Notes under the pieces: model-generated
Databases searched by the model: none
The model's input: the letters and a program-made list of their open reading frames with translations, nothing else
Told to the model about the DNA's origin: nothing
Part shown: in pieces, positions 17,315-26,708 of the stretch
Layout: each line of letters starts with the position of its first letter
How positions within the stretch are numbered: position 1 is the stretch's first letter
Program-made: the position numbers and the translations under genes
Assembly (NCBI GenBank): GCA_903823115.1
Contig: CAIJRN010000015.1
Coordinates: forward strand, 7,733 to 71,732
Length of the DNA: 64,000 bases
Direction: 5' to 3'
Source of the DNA: an uncultured cyanobacterium
GTDB lineage: Bacteria > Cyanobacteriota > Cyanobacteriia > PCC-6307 > Cyanobiaceae

Positions 17315-18772
17315 TTGGCCAGCGCGCCCTCAGTTCAGCGGTTTCCTCTGGCGCCCGCCCTCACCGGGGCCGCCGAACTCAGCAGCTTGACTGAGCTCAG
17401 CAATTTTGCCGCTCCAGCTGGTCTCGATCCCCAGTTGGAGCGGTTTCTGCATCAGGCCTCCAGCCTGCTCTGCCAGTGGCTCGGCCAGGCCGAATCGGGA
17501 TCTCCTCTGCCGGCCCTGAGTGTGCTTCCGGCGGTGGAGCCGGAGTTCGATGGTCTGCCAGCGGAGCGCTTGCTGGCGGATCTGCAGCTGGTGATGGAGG
17601 GAGCCTTCAACCCCAACCATCCCGGCGCGCTCGCCCATCTCGATCCGCCTCCCCTGGCGGCCTCGATCGCCGCCGATCTGATCTGCGCCGGTCTCAACAA
17701 CAACCTGCTGGCTGAGGAGCTCTCGCCCAGCCTCACGCGCCTGGAGCGCAGCCTCTGCTCCTGGCTGGCCCAGCAGTTCGGCCTGGGCGATCAGGCCGGT
17801 GGCGTGGCGGCCAGCGGCGGCTCCCTCAGCAACCTGATGGCCCTGGTCACCGCGCGCCGCAGTCGCGGCCTCGGCTGCCGCGCCGATGCGGTGGTGCTCT
17901 GTAGCGCCGATGCCCATGTCTCCTTTGACAAGGCGATGGCGGTGATGGGTCTTCCTGCCGAAGCATTGATCCGCCTGCCGGTGGATGCTCAGGGCCAGCT
18001 GGAGGCCGCTGCCCTGGCGGAGCGCCTCGACCAGCTCGCCGCGGCGGGCATCCCGGTGCTGGCGGTGGTGGCCACGGCCGGCACCACGGTGCGCGGGGCC
18101 ATCGATCCCCTGACGGCCATCGCCGCCCTCTGCCGCCGCCACGGCCACTGGTTGCATGTCGATGGGGCGATCGGCGCCGTCTTCGCCCTGGTTCCTCTGC
18201 AGCGCCAGCGGCTGCTGGGCCTGGAACTGGCCGATTCGATCACGGTCAATCCCCAGAAGCTGCTCGGCATCACCAAGACCTCCTCGCTGCTGTTACTGGC
18301 CGAGCCGGCGCTGTTGCAGGCGGCCTTTGCCACCGGCCTTCCCTACATGGAGCCCAGCTGGGGTGCCAGCCACGGCGGTGAGTCCGGTCTGCAGGGCAGC
18401 CGGCCGGCTGAAATTCTCAAGCTCTGGCTCGGTCTGCGCCAGTTGGGTCTGGCCGGCATCGCCGCGCTGGTGGACGGGGCGATTCAGCGGCGGCGACAGC
18501 TGGCGTCCCTGCTGGCCGTCGATCCCCGCCTGGAGCTGCTGGGCGGTCCTTTGCATCTGTTGGCCTTCCGGCCCCGGGGGCTTGATCCACAGGGCGCTGA
18601 GGACTGGTCCAGCCGCACCCGCCAGGCCCTGTTGGCGGAGCAGCTGATGCTGTCGAGGCCCTGGTATCAGGGTCATCATCATCTCAAGGCTGTGCTGGGC
18701 AATCCCCACACCCAGACCAGCCATCTCGAGCGTCTGGCCCGCATCGTCCAGGAGAACCTGCCCCATGGTTGA
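17315..18772 (+). CDS. pyridoxal-dependent (group II) amino-acid decarboxylase family protein
   Basis: HPGALAHLDPPPL, SGGSLSNLMAL and HVDGAIGA...NPQKLLGITKTSS (the PLP-Lys context). The start is a TTG and is uncertain. Confidence 0.82.
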   Translation: MASAPSVQRFPLAPALTGAAELSSLTELSNFAAPAGLDPQLERFLHQASSLLCQWLGQAESGSPLPALSVLPAVEPEFDGLPAERLLADLQLVMEGAFNPNHPGALAHLDPPPLAASIAADLICAGLNNNLLAEELSPSLTRLERSLCSWLAQQFGLGDQAGGVAASGGSLSNLMALVTARRSRGLGCRADAVVLCSADAHVSFDKAMAVMGLPAEALIRLPVDAQGQLEAAALAERLDQLAAAGIPVLAVVATAGTTVRGAIDPLTAIAALCRRHGHWLHVDGAIGAVFALVPLQRQRLLGLELADSITVNPQKLLGITKTSSLLLLAEPALLQAAFATGLPYMEPSWGASHGGESGLQGSRPAEILKLWLGLRQLGLAGIAALVDGAIQRRRQLASLLAVDPRLELLGGPLHLLAFRPRGLDPQGAEDWSSRTRQALLAEQLMLSRPWYQGHHHLKAVLGNPHTQTSHLERLARIVQENLPHG

Positions 18773-19028
18773 CCTCCCTGACGCGCAGGACCAGCAGCGT
18801 CCCAGGCCGCAACCGCCGGCCGGCCAGGTCAAGGCCAGCTCCCGCTGGGTGGCGATCGTCACCGGGGCGATCTCGATCCTGATCGGTGTGCTCTATCTGC
18901 TGCTGATCACGGTTCTCGATAGTCGCGGTCCGTTGCGTCCCCCTCCGCCTGAGGCCCTCGGCTACGTCCAGATGGACGGGGCGGCAAGCGCACCTGGCGG
19001 CGCTGCAGCGGTTCCACCACCCGGTTGA
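18765..19028 (+). CDS. hypothetical small membrane protein
   Basis: The ATG overlaps the decarboxylase stop region. One clear TM helix (WVAIVTGAISILIGVLYLLLITVL). The 3' 122 nt overlap the convergent GTPase gene, which lowers confidence. Confidence 0.35.
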   Translation: MVDLPDAQDQQRPRPQPPAGQVKASSRWVAIVTGAISILIGVLYLLLITVLDSRGPLRPPPPEALGYVQMDGAASAPGGAAAVPPPG

Positions 19029-20511
19029 CGGCGGTTTTGAGGAAATTCCTGAGCACATCTTCGCGGCGGTTGAGGTCGTATTCCCGTTGCAACACGGACT
19101 GCAGCCCGCCATCGCCCCAGTCCTGGTCCTGCTGGAAATAGACCAGAAAGCTGCGCCCGGCCACCCGGGTCAGCCAGGCGGCACTCACCGCCTGAATCCC
19201 CCGGCTCACCACCAGGGCAGGCAGGCTGAGGCTCATGACGCTGTTGATCAGGGCCACGCCCCCCTTCACCAGGCCCAGGCCGGCCAGGGTGCGGCCGACG
19301 GAGAGGGCCAGATCCTGGGCCGAGGCACGGCTGAGGCTGATGCCATAGATCTTGCCGATCTCCATCACCATCTGGGCATTCACCGCTGCAGCACCCAGCA
19401 GGTCGACCCCGGGCAGCGGTGTCAGGGCCACCACGCCGGCGCCGATCCAGACGTAGCGATCGACGATCGCCTCCCCGTCCCGGCGGCGCTGAGCGTCGAG
19501 CAGGGCCCGGCTCGTCTCCCCCAGCTGGCGGCATTGCAGCAGCAGGTTGTCGGCGATCAGCTCCTCGCCATCGGCCTGCAGCACGGCGGCCATGCGACGC
19601 AACAGCGCCTCCACCTCCGGCAGCGGTTGACGGGGCTTACCGCCCGGCATCGGCACGCTCTGGGGGGAGGCACTGGCGGCGATCACATCCTCAGCGGCGA
19701 TGCGGCCCGAACAACGCCGGCGCAGCAGGGCCAGCAGCCGTTGCTCCTCCTGCTCACCGCGCAGATCGCACTTGTTGAGCACCAGCAGCAGCCGTTTGCC
19801 GAGACTGGCCAGCACATCGAACACCTCCAGCTCGCTCGCCCGCAGATCGCCATCCACCACCAGCAGCAGCAGATCGGCCTGGACGGCCTGACGGCGGGCC
19901 AGGCGTTCCCGCTCCCGCCCGGCTCCGCCGGCTTCCAGGATGCCGGGGGTGTCTTCGAGAATCACGGCCCGGGCCAGCTGCTTCAGCCGCAGCCGGTAAC
20001 GGGCTGATTCGGTGGTCGAGCCCATCGGGGCTCCCACCTCGCCCACCAGCTCCTTGAGCAGGGCCCGGATCAGGGATGTCTTGCCGGTGGAGCCGCTGCC
20101 GAACAGCGTGATCACCAGATCGCCCCGCTCCAGTTCCTGCTGCATCCGCTGGCGCTCCTGCTGCAGGGCCTGGCGCTCCACCTGATCGCGGATCCGTTCC
20201 AGGGTGCGATCGATCGAAGCCAGGTTGCGTTCGGCCGCCTCCCGTTTGCTGCTGGAGGGCTTGTGGGGCACCTGGGCGGCTCTGCCGCCAGGGCCCTTTC
20301 GGGCCATGGCCTGCCACCAGGGCCAGCCGAACTGGATCACAGCCAGCAGCAGCACACCCAGCAGCAGCAGCAGCAACGGCCCGATCAACCAGCCCGGCAG
20401 CCAGTAGCTCAGCTGCCAGATCAGCTGGTTCACCGCCTGCAGCACCAGGCCCGCCACCAGCAACAGCAGCAGTCCCAGGCCGATCCAGAGCCAGAGGCGA
20501 CGGGGCAGCAT
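18907..20511 (-). CDS. membrane-associated GTP-binding protein with C-terminal DUF697-like domain
   Basis: Two N-terminal TM helices, then G1 GSGSTGKTS, G3 DTPG and G4 NKCD, followed by a hydrophobic C-terminal domain (GAGVVALTPLPGVDLLGAAAVNAQM). The start ATG shares one nucleotide with the PBP stop (TGATG). Confidence 0.85.
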   Translation of the reverse strand: MLPRRLWLWIGLGLLLLLVAGLVLQAVNQLIWQLSYWLPGWLIGPLLLLLLGVLLLAVIQFGWPWWQAMARKGPGGRAAQVPHKPSSSKREAAERNLASIDRTLERIRDQVERQALQQERQRMQQELERGDLVITLFGSGSTGKTSLIRALLKELVGEVGAPMGSTTESARYRLRLKQLARAVILEDTPGILEAGGAGRERERLARRQAVQADLLLLVVDGDLRASELEVFDVLASLGKRLLLVLNKCDLRGEQEEQRLLALLRRRCSGRIAAEDVIAASASPQSVPMPGGKPRQPLPEVEALLRRMAAVLQADGEELIADNLLLQCRQLGETSRALLDAQRRRDGEAIVDRYVWIGAGVVALTPLPGVDLLGAAAVNAQMVMEIGKIYGISLSRASAQDLALSVGRTLAGLGLVKGGVALINSVMSLSLPALVVSRGIQAVSAAWLTRVAGRSFLVYFQQDQDWGDGGLQSVLQREYDLNRREDVLRNFLKTAVNRVVEPLQRRQVRLPPRPSGRSRGPQAEGDATDRDYREP

Positions 20512-22667
20512 CAGGGCGTTGGGCTCGAGGAGCGCACGATCTCCCCCCAGAGGCTGGCGGCCAGGGCGCTGCTGGCATGGGTCGGGGCATTGTTGTCATT
20601 GCCGAGCCAGATGCCCATCACCCAGTGCCGTTGGGGCAGGAAGCCGATGAACCAGAGATCGCGGCCCTCATTGGTGGTGCCGGTTTTGCCGCCGGCGCCA
20701 CCACCGACGTAGGCCGCCGTGCCCGTTCCGCTGCTCACCACCGACTCCAGCAGGCTGCGCATGGTCTTGGCGCTGGTCGGGCTGGTGACGCGCCTGCCGG
20801 CGGCAGCGATGCTGCGCAGGGCGGGTTGGGCTGCTGGCGTCGCCGCCGGGGCGCCTGTCCTGGCGGAGCTGTGGCAGTTGCCCTTGAGCGTCCGGGGGCA
20901 GATCTCGGCATCGGTGAGTTTGCGGATCGTGCTGGGGGCATGCCAGATGCCGTTATCGGCGATGGCGCCATAGGCGGCGGTGAGCTCCAGCAGGGTGACT
21001 TCGCTCTGGCCCAGGGCCAGTCCCGGTACCGGGTTGAGCGGTGAGCTGATGCCCAGATCGCGGGCTTTCTGAACAATGGCTTCCAATCCCACCTGGCGGG
21101 CGATCCGCAGGGCGGCCGTGTTGCTGCTGATCGCCAGGGCCTGGCGCAGGCTGAGCTTGCCGCCACAGCCACTGCTGAACCGCTGGCCCCGCCATTCCAG
21201 CGGGCCGCAGTCCACCACATCGCTCGGCTTGCTGCCCCGTTCGAGGGCCAGCAGGTAGGGCACCAGCTTGAAGGTGCTGCCCGGTTGGCGCAGGGCCATG
21301 GTGGCCCGGTTGAACTGGCTCTGGTGATAGTCCCGGCCACCGGCGATCGCCAGGATGCCGCCATTGCGGCTGTCGAGCACCACCACGGCTCCCTGGCTCA
21401 CCCCCAGGGAGCGACTGGCATCGATGTGTTGGCGTAACAACCGCTCGACCAGCTCCTGCAGGGAGGGATCGAGGTGGGTGTCGATCAGGAAATTGCCCTC
21501 GGCGGCCACGTCAACCCCCACCAGATTCTCGAGATCGCGCCGCACCTGATCGGTGTAGAAGGGTGCGGCCAGGCGCGCTCGGGAGCGGCAGGCCTGCGTG
21601 GCCAGCTGGATCGGTTGGCGTCGGGCCGAGCGGGCCGTGTCCGCACTGATCCGACCGGAATCGGCCATCTTGGCAAGCACCTGGTTGCGGGCCGCCAGGG
21701 CCGCCTGCGGGTCGAAGCAGGGGTCGTAGCCATTGGGGGAAGGCAGCAGACCGACCAGCAACGCGGCTTCATCGAGGTCCAGCCGGGCGGCGGGTTTGCC
21801 GAACAGATGGCGGGAGGCATCTTCAAAACCCCAGCCGCTGCCGAGAAAGACCCGATTCAGATAACTCAACATCAGCTCCTGTTTGCTGAAGCGCGCCTCC
21901 AGTTGCAGCGCCATCAGCAGCTCCCGCCATTTGCGAGCCAGGGTTTCGCCCTGACCCACCTGCTCTGGATAGAGGCTGCGGGCCAGCTGCTGGGTCAGGG
22001 TGCTGCCCCCTTCCAGCACCCGGCCGCCCAGCAGGTTGGCGAGCAGGGCGCGGCCGGTGCCGATGGGATCGATTCCCGGATGCCACCAGAAGCGGGTGTC
22101 CTCACTGGCCAACAGGGCATCGATCAACACCCTGGGGTACTGCCCCAGGTGCCAGAGCTCGTGGTGCTGTTGGTCATCCACGGAGGCGATCGGCCGGCTG
22201 TCCCGGTCGTAGAGCACCAGGGGGCCACGCACCGTGGCGAGGCCGCCGTGAATGGGGCTCTGCAGCAGCGAGAGCAGCAGCAGCAGCAGGCCGCCGCCGA
22301 AGATCCCCGCCAGCATCAGAACGCCCGCCAGAGCCACAGTCCGCCAGGGTGTGACGGTCGTCCCGTGGAAGTGAATCTCGGGTAGATCCGCCAGATGGCT
22401 GGGGCCGAATCGCACCCGGTCGCCATCCCGCAACAACAACTCCTGGATGCGTCGGCCACGCCACCAGAGACCGTTGGTGGACGCCTGATCCAGCAGCAGC
22501 CAGCGGCCGCCGCGCTGCTCCAGCAGCGCATGGCGGCGACTGACGGCGGCGTGGTCGATGACGATCTCGGAGCTGCCATCGCGCCCGAGCCGGTAACACC
22601 CCCCCACCAGGGTCTGGCGTTGGCTCGGCTGGCCGGGAAGCTGGATCTCCAGCTGAGCTTCAGCCAT
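20511..22667 (-). CDS. FHA-domain-containing class A penicillin-binding protein (transglycosylase/transpeptidase)
   Basis: N-terminal FHA signature (RLGR...VSRRHALL...STNG), a TM helix, GT51 motifs (EDTRFWWHPG, GGSTLTQQ, RKWRE), and transpeptidase motifs (STFK, SSN, KTGTT). The ATG at 22667 (MAEAQLEIQL) is preferred. Confidence 0.9.
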   Translation of the reverse strand: MAEAQLEIQLPGQPSQRQTLVGGCYRLGRDGSSEIVIDHAAVSRRHALLEQRGGRWLLLDQASTNGLWWRGRRIQELLLRDGDRVRFGPSHLADLPEIHFHGTTVTPWRTVALAGVLMLAGIFGGGLLLLLLSLLQSPIHGGLATVRGPLVLYDRDSRPIASVDDQQHHELWHLGQYPRVLIDALLASEDTRFWWHPGIDPIGTGRALLANLLGGRVLEGGSTLTQQLARSLYPEQVGQGETLARKWRELLMALQLEARFSKQELMLSYLNRVFLGSGWGFEDASRHLFGKPAARLDLDEAALLVGLLPSPNGYDPCFDPQAALAARNQVLAKMADSGRISADTARSARRQPIQLATQACRSRARLAAPFYTDQVRRDLENLVGVDVAAEGNFLIDTHLDPSLQELVERLLRQHIDASRSLGVSQGAVVVLDSRNGGILAIAGGRDYHQSQFNRATMALRQPGSTFKLVPYLLALERGSKPSDVVDCGPLEWRGQRFSSGCGGKLSLRQALAISSNTAALRIARQVGLEAIVQKARDLGISSPLNPVPGLALGQSEVTLLELTAAYGAIADNGIWHAPSTIRKLTDAEICPRTLKGNCHSSARTGAPAATPAAQPALRSIAAAGRRVTSPTSAKTMRSLLESVVSSGTGTAAYVGGGAGGKTGTTNEGRDLWFIGFLPQRHWVMGIWLGNDNNAPTHASSALAASLWGEIVRSSSPTP

Positions 22668-23154
22668 CGAGGTGCCTGCCACTTCGCAGCCAGTCGATGG
22701 CGAAGCAGGCCACCGCCAGGTTGATGGCCACATCGGCGATGTTGAAGATCGGAAAACGGATCGGCATGAACTCCAGGAAATCCACCACGGAGCCCAGCCG
22801 CCAGCGATCGAGGCCGTTGCCCAGGGCCCCCGCCAGCAGGAAGGCCACCGCCAGCGCCAACCACAGCCGCGGCGGCGGCTGCCACAGCAGCCAGGCAGCG
22901 GCCAGCAGTGTCACCAGGGCGCTGATCAGCCCGAGGCCGGCGCTGTTGCCGCTCAGCAGGCTGAAGGCGGCTCCGGTGTTGCCGACCCGCTGCAACTGCA
23001 GCAGTCCCGGCAGCCAGGGCAAGGTCTGACCAGGGGCGAGCTGGTGGAGAGCCCAGGCTTTGCTGAGCTGGTCGAGCGCCACCACGGCAGCGGCAAGGAG
23101 CCAGGCAGTCAGGCGCCAATCCTTGATCGGGCGCCCATCGGGGTGCCGTCTCAC
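22660..23154 (-). CDS. lspA: lipoprotein signal peptidase II
   Basis: NTGAAFSLL and FPIFNIADVAINLAV are LspA motifs. Four TM helices, 164 aa. Confidence 0.9.
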   Translation of the reverse strand: MRRHPDGRPIKDWRLTAWLLAAAVVALDQLSKAWALHQLAPGQTLPWLPGLLQLQRVGNTGAAFSLLSGNSAGLGLISALVTLLAAAWLLWQPPPRLWLALAVAFLLAGALGNGLDRWRLGSVVDFLEFMPIRFPIFNIADVAINLAVACFAIDWLRSGRHLDG

Positions 23155-23720
23155 GATTCGATCAGCAGGATGCGACGCAGCAGCCAGGCGAGCACCGCCA
23201 CGGCGCAGCAGAGCAGCAACTGCGGCAGCAGGGCGAGGCTGTAGCCGATCACCAGGGGCAGCACGCCATCGCCCCAGCGACCCATCACGGCGCCGACCAG
23301 CAGATTGGTGAGTCCGCAGAGCTGGATCACGAGCAGCCCGAGACCAGCCACCACGGCCAGGCTGAGCGGATCGCCCATTTCGGGCTGGCGCGCCAGGCGG
23401 CCGCTGACCCAGGCGGCGGGCACGAAACCAGCCAGATAGCCAAAGCCTGGATCCAGCAGGTAGCCGACGCCTCCGCCCTCATGGAAGACCGGCAGCTGGA
23501 ACAGGCCCACACTCAGGTAGGCGACGGCCGCCAGCAGGGCGCTGCGGGGGCCTGCCACCAGGGCCGTGAGCAGCAGGGCCGGCACCTGCAGGGTGATGCC
23601 CAGGGGTCTGAGGCTCCATCCCGCGGCGTCATGGATGGGGAAGGCCGACGGCACCAGGCCTCCCACCACGATCAGCAGCAAACCGGCGATGGCGCCGCTC
23701 CAGGTGGCTAGGGCTCGCAA
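23151..23720 (-). CDS. bioY: biotin transporter BioY
   Basis: ITLQVPALLLTALVAGPRSALLA...GYLLDPGFGYLAGF is the BioY S-component signature. 4-nt overlap with the lspA start. Confidence 0.87.
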   Translation of the reverse strand: MRALATWSGAIAGLLLIVVGGLVPSAFPIHDAAGWSLRPLGITLQVPALLLTALVAGPRSALLAAVAYLSVGLFQLPVFHEGGGVGYLLDPGFGYLAGFVPAAWVSGRLARQPEMGDPLSLAVVAGLGLLVIQLCGLTNLLVGAVMGRWGDGVLPLVIGYSLALLPQLLLCCAVAVLAWLLRRILLIES

Positions 23721-23787
23721 CGAATTGATCTCAGGCGCTCGTCCATCCTGCTGCAGCTAGGTTCAGCTGAGAAGGGGGGCAGGTGCC

Positions 23788-24090
23788 TTGGCCAGCGTCG
23801 GTTTGCCCAGCGACAGCAACGAGCCCACCCTCCCGGAGCCTGCGGAGCCCGCACCGACGCCCGCCACGCCCGTGTTCGAGCTTGGCGATCGCGTGGTTCT
23901 GGCGGGTCAGCTCACTTTTCTCAAGAGTGCCGATCCGATGCCGATGCTGCGGCCGCCGGATCTGGTCGATGGCGGCGAACAGGGCCAGGTGGTGGAAGTC
24001 CGGGCGATGGGTCAGCTGGCGGTCCGGTTTCGCCGCGGCACCTTTCTGATCGCGGCCCGGGATCTGCGCCCGATCGGCGCCGATCTTTAG
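23788..24090 (+). CDS. conserved cyanobacterial protein, DUF3148-like
   Basis: LKSADPMPMLRPPDLV...AVRFRRGTFLI matches my recollection of the DUF3148 family. TTG start, uncertain. Confidence 0.65.
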   Translation: MASVGLPSDSNEPTLPEPAEPAPTPATPVFELGDRVVLAGQLTFLKSADPMPMLRPPDLVDGGEQGQVVEVRAMGQLAVRFRRGTFLIAARDLRPIGADL

Positions 24091-25394
24091 GGCTGCCGGC
24101 TGAGCGGATGGGCCTGCCAGGCCCTGGTGGCGGCGGCCAGGGCCGGTGCCGGTCCCACCAGGCTCAGGGACGGCTGGACGAGCCAGGTGGCGGCGGCCTG
24201 GCGGATGGCTTCGGCGCTGAGTTGCTCCGCCTGCTGCAGGCAGCGGTCCACGTGGTCGGTCGGCAGACCATGGCTGAGCACCAGAGCCAGCCGTTCGGCC
24301 ATCTGGGAGCAGGTCTGCCGGCCCATCGCATCCTGGCCGCGGTATTTGGCCAGGGCCAGGGCCAGCTCAGCCTCCTCCAAAGGTTGCTGGGCAACCCGCT
24401 GCCATTCCTGCAACAGGCAATCGGTGGCTTCCTCGGCCCGATCGGCTGAGGTCGAGAGGTGCATCACGAAGGGCGCCGCGCCGCAGCGGGCCGGCAGGTG
24501 CACACCGACGTCGTAGGCCAGGCCGCGTTCCTCGCGCATGGTCACGAACAGGCGGGAGGACATCCCCAGACCCAGATGGGCATGCAGCAGCCGCAGAGCC
24601 ACCGCATCGGCATGGCCGAGCGGCACCGTCGGGCAGCCCAGCATCAGCACCAGCTGTTCGGTGTCCTGCTCCAGCAGAGCCAGTGCTGGCGCCTCGGCGG
24701 CACGGGGCGCCGGCGCCGATGCCGCCGGGCTCGGCAGGACCGTCGGCCAGGGTTGCCCCGCCAGGCCCTGCTCCAGCAGTTCGCTCAGATCGTCAGGGAT
24801 CTCACCGCTCAGCACCAGCACGGCGCCGGTGTTGCCCAGCTGGGACACCAGCGGCTCCAGATCGCTGCCCGTGAGGGATTCCAGGTCGGCTTCAACTCCC
24901 AGGGGGTCGTGACCGTAGGGACCATGCCCGTACAGGCTGTGGCGCAACTGGTCATGGGCCAGCTGGAAGGGGTCTTCCCGCTGGCGCTGCAGGGTCTGCA
25001 GATTCAGCTGGCGCTCCAGGTCCAGCTGGTCCGCTCTGAGTTGCGGTTGACGCACCATCGACAGCAGCAGCGGCAGCAGGCTGGCGGCATCGGCGGCGGC
25101 GCACTTCAGTCCGATCACCAGGGCATCCTCCAGGGCCTCGGCCCGCAGGCCCGCTCCGGCCCCCTCGACCAGATCGGCCATGGCCTCGGCATCGAGATCG
25201 CCGCAGCCCCGGGTCATCAGACCGGCCAGCAGCTGATGGGCCCCGCAGCCGCCCTCGGGATCGGCGCTGCTGCCACCGCGAATCGCCAGGCGGGCCGACA
25301 GGATGGCCGGCCCCCGGCGCCGCAGCAGCTTCACCGGCAGTCCTCCCGCGAGGCTGAAGGATTCAGTCTGGGGTGTGCGTTGGCTGGGGCTCAT
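24087..25394 (-). CDS. M16 family peptidase, non-catalytic (beta-type) partner
   Basis: Insulinase-like fold by length and pattern, with no HxxEH motif. ATGA overlap with the upstream M16 gene. Confidence 0.8.
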   Translation of the reverse strand: MSPSQRTPQTESFSLAGGLPVKLLRRRGPAILSARLAIRGGSSADPEGGCGAHQLLAGLMTRGCGDLDAEAMADLVEGAGAGLRAEALEDALVIGLKCAAADAASLLPLLLSMVRQPQLRADQLDLERQLNLQTLQRQREDPFQLAHDQLRHSLYGHGPYGHDPLGVEADLESLTGSDLEPLVSQLGNTGAVLVLSGEIPDDLSELLEQGLAGQPWPTVLPSPAASAPAPRAAEAPALALLEQDTEQLVLMLGCPTVPLGHADAVALRLLHAHLGLGMSSRLFVTMREERGLAYDVGVHLPARCGAAPFVMHLSTSADRAEEATDCLLQEWQRVAQQPLEEAELALALAKYRGQDAMGRQTCSQMAERLALVLSHGLPTDHVDRCLQQAEQLSAEAIRQAAATWLVQPSLSLVGPAPALAAATRAWQAHPLSRQP

Positions 25395-26665
25395 GCCGGC
25401 ACTGCCTCGAGGATGTAGGCCTGGTCAGGATCGAGCCGCATCAGGGCTTGCTCCCGCAATCGCTTCGGGGACCAGCGCTGTAGCAGCTCCAGCGGTTGCT
25501 GCAGGGATTGGCGCCGACCCCAGAGGGAACTGTTGCCGATCAGACCGGCCACACTGCCCGCGGACTCGAGGCCGAAACGATAGGCGTTAGCGACCAGCCG
25601 CTGGGCCCTCTGCCATTCGGCCTCGCCGATCTCCTCGGCCATCAATTCCGTCCACACCTGGCTGATCGCCTGGCGCACCTCCGGTAACTCCTCCGGTTCG
25701 CAGACGGCTTCCAGCAGGGCCAGGCTGCCGCATTCCATCGCATGCAGATCGAGATCGATGCTCTCGACGATGCGCAGTTGTTCCCGCAGCCGTTCCACCA
25801 GCCGACTGCGCCGACCCTCCGCCAGCACCGTGGTCGCCAGATCGGCTCCCATCACGCCCTCGAGATCATCGGCGGCGGGCTGCCACCAGGCCATCAGCAA
25901 GCGGGCCGCCTCCAGGCGCGGCAACACCAGGCGCTCGTCCCCCTGAAACAACTGCAGGTGGGCCGCTGGCGTCGTCGCTGGCGCCGGCGCCAGCGACGCC
26001 AGGGGCCCCGAGGCGATGCGGCGGGCCAGATCCCCATCCTCGACCGCACCGCTGATCGCCAGCACGCAGCGACCACCGCCATAGAGACGGCTGTGGAACG
26101 CGGCCATCGCCTCCGGTTCGTGGGACAGCAGGGCCTGGCGCTGGCCGAGGATCGGCTGGCCATAGGGATGGCCAGGGCAGGCCTGGGCCAGCAGCCGCTG
26201 CAGGGCCACCTCCTCGGGCTGGTCCTCACTCTGGGCCAGTTCCTCGAGCACCACCTGGCGCTCCATGGCGAAGGCCTCTGGCTCGAGCCGGGGGTGGAGC
26301 ACCAGATCCAGGAGCAGATCGAGGGCTTCCGGCGCCGCCTGCGGCGGGATCAGCACGTGGTAGTGCACGTCATCGAAGCCGGTGGCGGCATTGGTGTTGC
26401 CGCCAAGCGCCTCCACACGCCGATCAAACTCACCCGCCGCCAGGTTTTCGCTGCCCTTGAACACCATGTGTTCCAGGAAGTGGGCCAGGCCGCTCTCGCC
26501 GGGGTGCTCCCAGGCGCTGCCGGCTCGGCACCAGAAATCAAGGCAGACCAAGGGGGCGTCGGCAAGCGGCAGGCTCACCAGCTCGGCGCCGTTGGGGAAC
26601 TGGCGCCGATCGGGTTCACCCAGGCCAGGCAGCAACGGCCCGCTACAAGCTTCAGGAAGACTCAC
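25391..26665 (-). CDS. M16 family zinc peptidase (insulinase/PqqL-like), catalytic
   Basis: [14 protein letters not shown] (the HxxEH zinc motif) and [15 protein letters not shown]. Start placed at the GTG at 26665. The longer ORF up to 26950 is antisense to pcyA and is rejected. Confidence 0.85.
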   Translation of the reverse strand: MSLPEACSGPLLPGLGEPDRRQFPNGAELVSLPLADAPLVCLDFWCRAGSAWEHPGESGLAHFLEHMVFKGSENLAAGEFDRRVEALGGNTNAATGFDDVHYHVLIPPQAAPEALDLLLDLVLHPRLEPEAFAMERQVVLEELAQSEDQPEEVALQRLLAQACPGHPYGQPILGQRQALLSHEPEAMAAFHSRLYGGGRCVLAISGAVEDGDLARRIASGPLASLAPAPATTPAAHLQLFQGDERLVLPRLEAARLLMAWWQPAADDLEGVMGADLATTVLAEGRRSRLVERLREQLRIVESIDLDLHAMECGSLALLEAVCEPEELPEVRQAISQVWTELMAEEIGEAEWQRAQRLVANAYRFGLESAGSVAGLIGNSSLWGRRQSLQQPLELLQRWSPKRLREQALMRLDPDQAYILEAVPA

Positions 26666-26708
26666 AGTTGCATGGCAGGATCGACATTCTGCTGGCTGCA
26701 GGGCCGCG

